Source: a bacterium
Lineage (GTDB): Bacteria > Patescibacteriota > Minisyncoccia > UBA6257 > GWB1-50-10
DNA length: 59,843 nucleotides
NCBI GenBank assembly: GCA_030647415.1
Contig: JAUSKB010000016.1
Location: forward strand, 1-59,843
Direction: 5' to 3'
The notes beneath the pieces are model-generated. The model did not search any database, was not told where the DNA came from, and saw nothing but the letters and a program-made list of their open reading frames with translations. Made by a program: the position numbers and the translations under genes. Position 1 is the stretch's first letter. Every line of letters begins with the position of its first letter. Shown here piece by piece: positions 8,403 through 16,080 of the stretch.

Positions 8403-10325
8403 ATGACCCGACACTGGCCGACCATAGTTGCGGTACTGCTTACCGGAGGGGCTACGGTATTCATGGGCTACGCCGCATGGACTGATACGGCGGTCATGGA
8501 TGAGCTGCCACATATCCCCGCAGGATACAGCTACGTGCGGTTCCTCGATTATCGCCTGAACCCGGAACATCCGCCGCTCCTCAAGGCCGCGGCGGCGCTC
8601 CCGCTCCTCGCAGTCCAACCGAAATTTCCGACCGAGAGTAAAAACTGGACGACCGAGGTGAACGGGCAGTGGGAAATCGGCCGCGAGTTCTTCTACCGTG
8701 TGGGGAACAACGGCGCGATACTCGTACAGCTCGCCCGCATCGTGCCCATTCTCCTGACGCTCGTGCTCATCATGCTCATCTTCCGCTGGGGCACGGAGCT
8801 CCTCGGGGCGCGGTGGGCGCTCATCCCCACGGCGCTCGCGGCGCTCTCGCCCACCCTCCTCGCGCACGGCCACTACGTGACCACTGACCTCGGCGCCGCC
8901 TTCGGGGTCTTCCTTGCCACCATGACCTTCGTGCGCTATCTCATGAACCCAACTGGCGGCCGTCTTCTCGCCGCCGGCATCTCGTTCGGCGTCGCCCAAC
9001 TGTTGAAATTTTCGCTTTTTCTCCTCGTCCCCTACTTCGGATTACTCGGCATCATCTGGTGGCTCGGAACAACCATTCGGAACCAGCCGAGCGACCACCG
9101 GATGTGCGCAGCCATCCGAGGCCTTTGGCTCACCGTCCGCCGATACCTCGCAGTGCTCGGTATCGGCTACCTCCTCGTCTATGCAATCTACGCCATTTTC
9201 ACGCTCGGGTACCCGGCGGCGAAACAGCTCGCAGATACGGAGAGTATATTGCGGTCATTTGAATCGTCGCAGTGGGTCGCGCCGTACCTCACCCCGCTCA
9301 TCGGAAACCCCATCACGCGGCCCTTCGCGCAGTACCTCCTCGGGCTCTCCATGGTCTTTGTGCGGGCGGCGGGCGGAAACACCGGGTACCTCTTCGGCAC
9401 CGTGACAAACGCCGGCTGGTGGTTCTACTTCCCGCTCATGTTTCTCATGAAGGAGACACTCGCATCGCTCCTCATACTCGGGGGCGGCGCTGTCGTGGCC
9501 ATCACCGCCTTCCTAAAGGCGCTCCGCGGACGCCGGCCGGTCCGCCGCTTCGCGGAATGGCTCGGGACGCACTTCCCCGAGTTCGCGATGGGCGGATTCG
9601 TCGCGCTCTATTGGACGGCGAGCATCTCGAGCCCCTTGAACATCGGCGTACGCCACCTCCTGCCCGCCATCCCCTTCATGTACCTCCTCGCCGCGGCGGC
9701 ATGGAAGTGGTGGGTGAACCGCCCGCCAACTCCGACCATGGACCTCACGGCGCCCGCATCGCCCGTACCGCCGCTTCTTATGCGGCTTCGCGCCGACCGG
9801 AGCGCACGGTGGACGGCTGTGCTCGTTGCCCTCCTCGTCTGGCTCGGCGCAGAGACCGCGTTCGCCTCGCCATACTTCCTCTCATACTTCAATGAACTTT
9901 CGGGCGGGACGAGGAGCGGCTACCGATACGTCGTGGACTCGAACTACGACTGGGGGCAGGACCTCGGCAGATTGCGTGAATGGCTTGCCACGTACAATCG
10001 GGAACATCCAAACGAGCCCGTGAAGCAAATCGCAATGGACTACTTCGGGGGCGGCGACCCGGGAACCGCGCTCGCCCCACTCGGCGTCACGGTAGTAAAT
10101 TGGTGGCCCGCAAAGGGAGATCCGAGAGGAGAGAACATCGAATGGCTCGCAGTCTCCGTGAACTCCCTCCAGGGGGGCTTGGGCGAACCGGTCCGCGGAT
10201 GGCAACGGCCATCACAAGACAGCTATGCGTGGCTCAAGGATTTGAAGCCCGTGCCATCCGGCGTGGGCCAGGTCCCGACCCCCACTGCCCGCGCTGGTAC
10301 CTCAATATTTATCTACCACCTCTAG
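8403..10325 (+). CDS. GT-C fold glycosyltransferase (PMT/ArnT-like, family 39/83-type)
   Basis: 640 aa with more than 10 TM helices. The first loop carries a DE motif (AVMDELPHIPAGYSY) and then NPEHPPLLK. The C-terminal domain is soluble. Confidence 0.65.
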   Translation: MTRHWPTIVAVLLTGGATVFMGYAAWTDTAVMDELPHIPAGYSYVRFLDYRLNPEHPPLLKAAAALPLLAVQPKFPTESKNWTTEVNGQWEIGREFFYRVGNNGAILVQLARIVPILLTLVLIMLIFRWGTELLGARWALIPTALAALSPTLLAHGHYVTTDLGAAFGVFLATMTFVRYLMNPTGGRLLAAGISFGVAQLLKFSLFLLVPYFGLLGIIWWLGTTIRNQPSDHRMCAAIRGLWLTVRRYLAVLGIGYLLVYAIYAIFTLGYPAAKQLADTESILRSFESSQWVAPYLTPLIGNPITRPFAQYLLGLSMVFVRAAGGNTGYLFGTVTNAGWWFYFPLMFLMKETLASLLILGGGAVVAITAFLKALRGRRPVRRFAEWLGTHFPEFAMGGFVALYWTASISSPLNIGVRHLLPAIPFMYLLAAAAWKWWVNRPPTPTMDLTAPASPVPPLLMRLRADRSARWTAVLVALLVWLGAETAFASPYFLSYFNELSGGTRSGYRYVVDSNYDWGQDLGRLREWLATYNREHPNEPVKQIAMDYFGGGDPGTALAPLGVTVVNWWPAKGDPRGENIEWLAVSVNSLQGGLGEPVRGWQRPSQDSYAWLKDLKPVPSGVGQVPTPTARAGTSIFIYHL

Positions 10326-10375
10326 CGGCTTCGTTCTGCGATAAATATTAGGAGACGAAAATTCATATCTGCATA

Positions 10376-10399
10376 GGTGGTATGACATGTCATACCACC
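10376..10399. repeat. 24-bp perfect palindrome, family P copy 1
   Basis: ggtggtatgacatgtcataccacc. Related copies lie at 31812-31833 and 33895-33915. Confidence 0.85.
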
Positions 10400-10471
10400 A
10401 CCGTACAGCGTGGTGCCGAAGAAAGGCCAAGCCTCCAAGATGAGGTTCTTGCTCCGTAGTTTTTTGGCGAT

Positions 10472-10500
10472 CAAAAAGCCGGCCACGCATGTGGTCGGCT
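10472..10500 (-). terminator. rho-independent terminator of 10507..10950
   Basis: On the minus strand: agccgaccac-atgc-gtggccggct followed by TTTTT, 6 nt after the stop. Confidence 0.7.
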
Positions 10501-10506
10501 CTTGCT

Positions 10507-10950
10507 TTAGAACCAGAAGAGAAGTATCGGCGTGTCGGGCGGCATGCTCTGGACGAACAGGAGCACCGCCCAATCCATGCGGGAGAAACCGCGGGGCGGG
10601 ATAAACGAACTGAAGGCGCCCGAGTACAAGAACCGAATGTGGTTCCCGCAGAGGTCCAGTGGAGCAGCATTGCACTCTCGAAGTAGCGTCTCGGTGCGCT
10701 TCGGAAGCGGCTTCGATTCCAACAATTCAAAAGTGATGTTCGCCGACGAGAAATCGCGCTTTCGAAGCAGTACTTTCACACCCTCTGGTAGCGGCTTCGA
10801 TTCCAACCGCTCGATGCTCCCCGCGAGGTCATCCGAATCAACCTCGGCGGAGAAGCTGACCCGATCGCGACAGAAAAGCACCTCACTTTGCTCGAAGAAA
10901 TCCCTTCCCTCAACGACTGGAATCAGCGCCAAACGACGTCTATTACTCAT
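10507..10950 (-). CDS. hypothetical protein with an internal 28-aa repeat
   Basis: 147-aa ORF with LESKPLPEGVKVLL / LESKPLPKRTETLL repeats (agcggcttcgattccaac at 10706 and 10790). It has its own terminator. Confidence 0.4.
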   Translation of the reverse strand: MSNRRRLALIPVVEGRDFFEQSEVLFCRDRVSFSAEVDSDDLAGSIERLESKPLPEGVKVLLRKRDFSSANITFELLESKPLPKRTETLLRECNAAPLDLCGNHIRFLYSGAFSSFIPPRGFSRMDWAVLLFVQSMPPDTPILLFWF

Positions 10951-11030
10951 ACCATCCTCCTTCTTATTTACTGCCTCAACCCTACGCCCGAGCGATTCGC
11001 GCTGTCAATCGCAAATTATCGAAGCGCAAA

Positions 11031-11053
11031 TTATCGAAGTCCGACTTCGATAA
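11031..11053. repeat. hairpin family H copy 1 (ttatcgaagtc.gacttcgataa)
   Basis: Palindrome just downstream of the stop of 11076..11972. It is preceded by the tandem gcaaattatcgaag x2. Confidence 0.8.
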
Positions 11054-11075
11054 ATTTAGGACTATTCCGCAACAC

Positions 11076-11972
11076 TCACCGGTAATAGAGCCGGCCGGGG
11101 ATACGAAAATCAATGGTAGTGAGCTTCTCGAATAAGACCTCGGTCTTGAGCTTCCGGAGGGTCGCGGCGAGGTCCTGCGGCACGAAATCAAAGCTGAAGA
11201 GCAATGTCGGACCCGAGGTGCCAGTGCTGAGCTTTGTCGAAGCAAGCGTCGCCTCCCATTCGTGGAGCCCCTGCTCACGGATCATGACCCGAAGAACCTG
11301 TTCACCGCTCTCCGTGATTGCCTGGAGCGTTTCGTCCATGCGACCGACCCATGCGGGATTCGGCATAATGCGCTGGCCCAGGACGCGCTGCGTACCGCTC
11401 TCGTCCGTGATGACCAAAATGAGTGACCCTTCGGTGCGCGGCACCTGGGCGAGCAGAATACCCTCTTCATCAAACCCAAAGCAATTGTTGGCCGTACCTG
11501 CACTCGGCGAAGTCGAAGTGCTTGCCGCACACCAAACCCCCGCGATAGTACGGACCGTCGCCGTAATGGTGACCCGCCGGTCCCAGAATAAAAGTTTCGA
11601 TGTCGCCGCAATGAGCATGGTGTCCACGCGGACGCGAACCTCGGCGTTGTCCGCACCCATCCATACGAAGAGGTGGTCGGGACCGAGCACCGCGAGCACC
11701 GGCGACTTCGCCACCGCGAGCGCGGAAAGCGCCGAGATTAACCGCTCGTGCGCCGCGGGCGGCGCGCCAACGACCTCGAATGAGACCCGGAGGAGCGGTG
11801 AGGTCATAACAAACCACGCAACACCGATTACAGCGAGCGTAACCGCGACCCCGAGTATCGCCCACAAGACCCCCGAGCGTTTTTGCGAAGGCCTGACGGT
11901 GCGGCGTCTGCCCAAACCATCGGGCACCGTCGCTTCCGTCTCGGGCGGTCCGTTTGATCTCTTCCGCTTCAT
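11076..11972 (-). CDS. single-pass membrane protein, possibly FtsQ/DivIB-like
   Basis: Basic N-terminus, one TM helix (VLWAILGVAVTLAVIGVAWFV), then a POTRA-like beta-rich region. The assignment is by architecture only. Confidence 0.35.
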   Translation of the reverse strand: MKRKRSNGPPETEATVPDGLGRRRTVRPSQKRSGVLWAILGVAVTLAVIGVAWFVMTSPLLRVSFEVVGAPPAAHERLISALSALAVAKSPVLAVLGPDHLFVWMGADNAEVRVRVDTMLIAATSKLLFWDRRVTITATVRTIAGVWCAASTSTSPSAGTANNCFGFDEEGILLAQVPRTEGSLILVITDESGTQRVLGQRIMPNPAWVGRMDETLQAITESGEQVLRVMIREQGLHEWEATLASTKLSTGTSGPTLLFSFDFVPQDLAATLRKLKTEVLFEKLTTIDFRIPGRLYYR

Positions 11973-11978
11973 TGGTAC

Positions 11979-12608
11979 CTAGTCCGAAAATACTCGAACC
12001 GGGAACGAAATAGATGACGCCGGGGCGTCCGGAATCGTAACGGTGACGTTCACGGTATAGTCGCCCGGTTTTTTCCACGCGTGCCTGACCAGCCGGACCG
12101 CCCCCTGACCGACAGTCCCGCGATCGGCAGCAGCGTCACCCCACTGCACCTCATAGGTGCCGCCGGGCGCGATCGAAAGCACGAGCTCGTTGCCTACGGT
12201 AACCGACAGCGCGGAGAGTGGCGCGGGCACGGTGAACCCGGCGCCGGTCGGGAGCAGCACCGAGGATTGTTCAAGCACCGTGCCCTTTGAAATGGTGCCG
12301 GCGGTGGTCACAATCTTTTCACCAAGCCCAGCGAGCGTCTCGCCCGCCTTCTGCTTCGCGTACCGGACGACGCCGCCCTCTGCCTCTTCCACCACCCGGT
12401 CGGCATACGCCGATACCTCCTGCTTCGCGGTCTCCACGGTCATGCTGGTTACCTTCCGCTTCGCCGCCTCGTACGTTTCCACCGCTTGGTTTTTTGCGTT
12501 CTCCCAGGTGAACGGCCCCTCCCACCAGCTCGTAGCGGCCCAGTACACGCCGTACCCGATTGCGACGACGAACAGGACCCAGAGGAGCTTCCGAAGTATC
12601 ATGCCCAT
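11979..12608 (-). CDS. membrane-anchored protein with a PKD-like C-terminal domain
   Basis: N-terminal TM helix (LLWVLFVVAIGYGVYWA). The C-terminus YEVQWGD...HAWKKPGDYTVNVTVT resembles a PKD fold signature. Confidence 0.45.
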   Translation of the reverse strand: MGMILRKLLWVLFVVAIGYGVYWAATSWWEGPFTWENAKNQAVETYEAAKRKVTSMTVETAKQEVSAYADRVVEEAEGGVVRYAKQKAGETLAGLGEKIVTTAGTISKGTVLEQSSVLLPTGAGFTVPAPLSALSVTVGNELVLSIAPGGTYEVQWGDAAADRGTVGQGAVRLVRHAWKKPGDYTVNVTVTIPDAPASSISFPVRVFSD

Positions 12609-12697
12609 GTATCTATTCTACACCAACAGCAATATCAAATCTAAAAAATCAAATATCAAATATAGGACTCGCGCGGTGAACTCTTGAGATGCACGAT

Positions 12698-13981
12698 TCA
12701 GCTTTGATTTTTGAGGTCTGATTTTTGATTTTCTCCGACGATTTCCTTCTTCCCCACGTATTTTTGGAGCGCCTTCGGCACCCGCACCGTCCCCCTTTTG
12801 GTCTGATAGTTCTCGAGGATGGCGAGGATTGGCCGCTGGGAAAAGGCGGTTGCGTTCAAGAGGTGGAGGTACCCCTTCTCGCCCCCTGCCGTGAATTTCG
12901 CATTGATGCCGCGCGATTGGAAGTCCGTCGTGTTGGAGCACGAGTGTGTCTCGCGGTAGCATCCCTCCGCCGGGAACCAAATATCCACATCGAACTGCCG
13001 AAAGTCGGTCCACCCCATGTCACCCGTGCACATCTCGACGACGCGGTACGGGAGCTCGAGCGCCGCAACGAGCTCCTCCTGCAGTGAGAGGAGAAACCGG
13101 TGTTCTTCTTCAGACTTCTCGGGATGACAGAAGGAGAAAAGCTCCACCTTGTCAAACTGATGGACCCGCAGGATGCCTTTCGTGTCCTTGCCGTACGAAC
13201 CTGCCTCGCGCCGGAATGAGGTCGAGAAACCTACGTAGCGTTTCGGGAGTCTGTTTTCATCGAGCGTTTCCCCAGCGTGGAATGGACCCATGGAATGTTC
13301 GGCGCTCCCCACAAGATAGAGGCCGTCCTTTTCGAGAAAGTAGCGCTCCTCTTTTTGGTCCGCCGCGAGCCGCCCCATCCCCTCGAGCATCTCGGGGCGC
13401 ACCATGACGGGCGGGATGACCGGCACGAACCCGTGCGGCAAAAGCGTGTCGAGCGCGAGACGCTCAAGCGCAAACTCGAGGAGGGCGCCCTCGCGGAGCA
13501 GGTACCCGAACCGGGACCCCGAGACCTTCGCGGCGCGTTTCACATCAATGAGGCCGAGGCGTTCGCCGATTGAGAGGTAGTCCTTGACCGGGAAGTCGAA
13601 CACCGGGCGCTCCCCTACCTCGCGGAGGACACGGTTCGCCGATTCATCGGGACCGACCGGCACGTCGGGTGCCGGCACATTCGGCAGACGGTTCAGAAAA
13701 CCGGTCCGCTTCGCGGCAAGGTCCGCCACCTCCTTTTCGAGCTGTCCGATGCGCGTTTTCAAGAGCGTCGCCTTGCTCACTAAATCGTCTTTCTGACCTC
13801 CCGCGAGCTCCTTCGAGATGACGTTCTGCTCGCGGCGCAGCTCATCGATCGCCGCGACCTTCGCCTTCCACATTTCGTCTGCACGAAGGAACTTGTCGAC
13901 CAACTTCGGGTCGACCTTCTTCTTCTCCACGCCCGCCTTCACGAGGTCGGCGTGCTCACGGATGTATTGGATGTCAAGCAT
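12698..13981 (-). CDS. serS: seryl-tRNA synthetase
   Basis: MLDIQYIREHADLVKAGVEKK coiled-coil arm plus class II motifs (FRREAGSYGKDTKGILRVHQFDKVE; GGEKGYLHLLNATAFS). Confidence 0.96.
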   Translation of the reverse strand: MLDIQYIREHADLVKAGVEKKKVDPKLVDKFLRADEMWKAKVAAIDELRREQNVISKELAGGQKDDLVSKATLLKTRIGQLEKEVADLAAKRTGFLNRLPNVPAPDVPVGPDESANRVLREVGERPVFDFPVKDYLSIGERLGLIDVKRAAKVSGSRFGYLLREGALLEFALERLALDTLLPHGFVPVIPPVMVRPEMLEGMGRLAADQKEERYFLEKDGLYLVGSAEHSMGPFHAGETLDENRLPKRYVGFSTSFRREAGSYGKDTKGILRVHQFDKVELFSFCHPEKSEEEHRFLLSLQEELVAALELPYRVVEMCTGDMGWTDFRQFDVDIWFPAEGCYRETHSCSNTTDFQSRGINAKFTAGGEKGYLHLLNATAFSQRPILAILENYQTKRGTVRVPKALQKYVGKKEIVGENQKSDLKNQS

Positions 13982-13986
13982 GGAAT

Positions 13987-14085
13987 GATACCAATATGCT
14001 AATGGTACGAATGATGCGAATCATACGAATGGAAACGGATTAGTATTATTCGTATCATTCGCATGAATTCGTATATTAGCATCAC
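13987..14085. repeat. spacer-filling palindrome family C (cgaat words), copy C1
   Basis: Arms gataccaatatgctaatggtacgaatgatgcgaatcatacgaatgg / ttagtattattcgtatcattcgcatgaattcgtatattagcatc. It fills the gap between the serS start and the lysS stop. Confidence 0.85.
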
Positions 14086-14086
14086 A

Positions 14087-15529
14087 CTACGCATTCCGCA
14101 TCGGCGGGAAGAAGACCGTCTCGCGGATGGGTTTGTCGGCCATAACGGCGAAGAGCCGCTCGGAAAGCCCGAACCCGGCGGTCGGCGGCATACCGTACTC
14201 CAGGGCCTCGATGAAATCCTCGTCAATGCGTTGTGCCTCCTCGTCCCCCGCCTCGCGGAGCGCCATCTGCTCCTCGAACCGCTTCCGCTGTTCGTCCGGG
14301 TCGTTCAGCTCCGCCCAGCCGTTCCCTACCTCCGTACCTGCCGCGAGCACCTGGAACCGGAGTGCCCGGCCCGGCCGGTCGGGGTCCGCTTTTGCGAGCG
14401 GCGAGATGATGAGCGGGTGGCCGACGAGAAAGCATGGTTCTATAAGCGTCGGTCGGACGGTCTTTTTGTATATCAAATCGATGAGCCGCCCCGTTCCGAG
14501 CGTCGGGTCCACGGGGAGCGCAAGCTTCGCGGCGACCGCGGTAAGCGCCTCGCGGTCCGCAGTCAGGGGGTTGACGCCTGTCGCCGCGGCGAATGCGTCC
14601 ACATAGTCTACCTCACGCCACGTCCCGCCCCACTCGAGGATGACATCGCCGAACGTGGTGACGGTCGAACCCCAGGTCGCCTCGGCCACATGACAATAGA
14701 GGCCGGCGACGAACGCCATCATCTGCTGGTGGTCCCAGTAGGCGGCGTAGCACTCCATCTGCGTGTAGTCCTGTAGATGGTCGCGGTCGATCCCTTCATT
14801 CCGGAAGATGCGCCCGATCTCGAAGACCTTCTCGAACCCTCCCACGAGGAGTTTCTTAAGCGGCAGCTCGAGCGAGATGCGGAGAAAGAAGTCCTGGTCG
14901 AGGGCATTGTGGTGCGTCACGAATGGCGTCGCGTCCGCACCGCCGGGCACTTGCTCGAGCACCGAGGTCTCCACCTCAAGGAACCCCGCATGAACAAGCT
15001 CCTCGCGCATGGCGCGCCAGAACGAACTCTTCTTCCGGAACAGCTCCCGAACACCCGGGTCGGCGATAAGGTCGAGGTACCGCTTCCGGAGCCGGAGTTC
15101 CGTGTCGGAAAGTCCGTACCAGGTCGTCGGCACCGGCCGGAGGCTTTTTGCCGCAATCGTGGCCGCCACCGCCGCGATACTCGGCTCGCCTCGTTTCGTC
15201 GTGAGCGGGTTCCCGGTCACCGAGAGGAAGTCACCAACATCCACCGTCTCCACGAGGTGGGAAAACATTTCCGAGCCCAGCTCATTCGCGTCGAGAATCA
15301 CCTGAAGTTTTCCCGTACCGTCATCAAGGTCCGCGAAGATTATCTTGCCTTGGTCGCGCCAGGAAACGACGCGGCCGGCAACCGACCGCGCGTCATGCTG
15401 CCCGGCGAGGACCGCCGCGCGCGCCGCCGCGAGCGTCTCGGTGCGGGCGACGGTGGCAGGGTACGGATCGGCGCCCGCACGCACTCGTGCGAGCTTTCGA
15501 CGTCGTTCTTCTATGAGCTCGTCAAGCAT
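14087..15529 (-). CDS. lysS: lysyl-tRNA synthetase (class II)
   Basis: OB-fold N-domain (GRVVSWRDQGKIIFADLDDGTGKLQV) and class II core (FRNEGIDRDHLQDYTQMECY; GMPPTAGFGLSERL). Confidence 0.96.
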   Translation of the reverse strand: MLDELIEERRRKLARVRAGADPYPATVARTETLAAARAAVLAGQHDARSVAGRVVSWRDQGKIIFADLDDGTGKLQVILDANELGSEMFSHLVETVDVGDFLSVTGNPLTTKRGEPSIAAVAATIAAKSLRPVPTTWYGLSDTELRLRKRYLDLIADPGVRELFRKKSSFWRAMREELVHAGFLEVETSVLEQVPGGADATPFVTHHNALDQDFFLRISLELPLKKLLVGGFEKVFEIGRIFRNEGIDRDHLQDYTQMECYAAYWDHQQMMAFVAGLYCHVAEATWGSTVTTFGDVILEWGGTWREVDYVDAFAAATGVNPLTADREALTAVAAKLALPVDPTLGTGRLIDLIYKKTVRPTLIEPCFLVGHPLIISPLAKADPDRPGRALRFQVLAAGTEVGNGWAELNDPDEQRKRFEEQMALREAGDEEAQRIDEDFIEALEYGMPPTAGFGLSERLFAVMADKPIRETVFFPPMRNA

Positions 15530-15534
15530 TCTGA

Positions 15535-15608
15535 GATACTAATATACGAATTCATTCGAATGATACGAATAGTACTAATGCACCCCTATTCGTATCATAT
15601 ATTTTATC
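15535..15608. repeat. palindrome family C, copy C2 (right arm truncated)
   Basis: gatactaatatacgaattcattcgaatgatacgaatagtactaatg ... ctattcgtatcatat. It fills the gap between the lysS start and the greA stop. Confidence 0.8.
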
Positions 15609-16068
15609 AGGTGATGGACAGGATCCGGAGCGAGGCGGCGCCGCGCGGCGTCGTCACGTGCACCTCGTCCCCCACCCGCTTGCCGAGCAGGCTCCGCCCA
15701 ATCGGGGACTCGTTCGAAATCAATCCGCGGCCCGGCTGGGCCTCACTCGAGCCGGTGATCGTATAGGTCACCGTATCCCGGTCTCGTTCCGCCGTCACCG
15801 TGGAACCGATCTTCACCATGCCCGCAGCGCTCCCCGCCGACGTTATGATCGAGGAGGTGCGAAGAATGTCATCCAGCTGGCTGATACGCTGTTCCAAATT
15901 CGCCTGTTCGTCCCGCGCGGTCTGGTAATCGAAGTTTTCCGAAAGGTCCCCGAGGTCCTTCGCCTGCTTCAAGCGTTCAGCGATACGTCGCCGACCATCG
16001 GTTTTTAGCTCCCGGACCTCCTTTTCGATCTCCTCGAACCGTTCTTTGGTGAGATATGCGTGTTTCAT
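15607..16068 (-). CDS. greA: transcription elongation factor GreA
   Basis: 153 aa; LTKERFEEIEKEVRELK...DLSENFDYQTARDEQ coiled coil plus a C-terminal globular domain. Confidence 0.93.
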   Translation of the reverse strand: MKHAYLTKERFEEIEKEVRELKTDGRRRIAERLKQAKDLGDLSENFDYQTARDEQANLEQRISQLDDILRTSSIITSAGSAAGMVKIGSTVTAERDRDTVTYTITGSSEAQPGRGLISNESPIGRSLLGKRVGDEVHVTTPRGAASLRILSIT

Positions 16069-16080
16069 CGTGTGTAAAAA

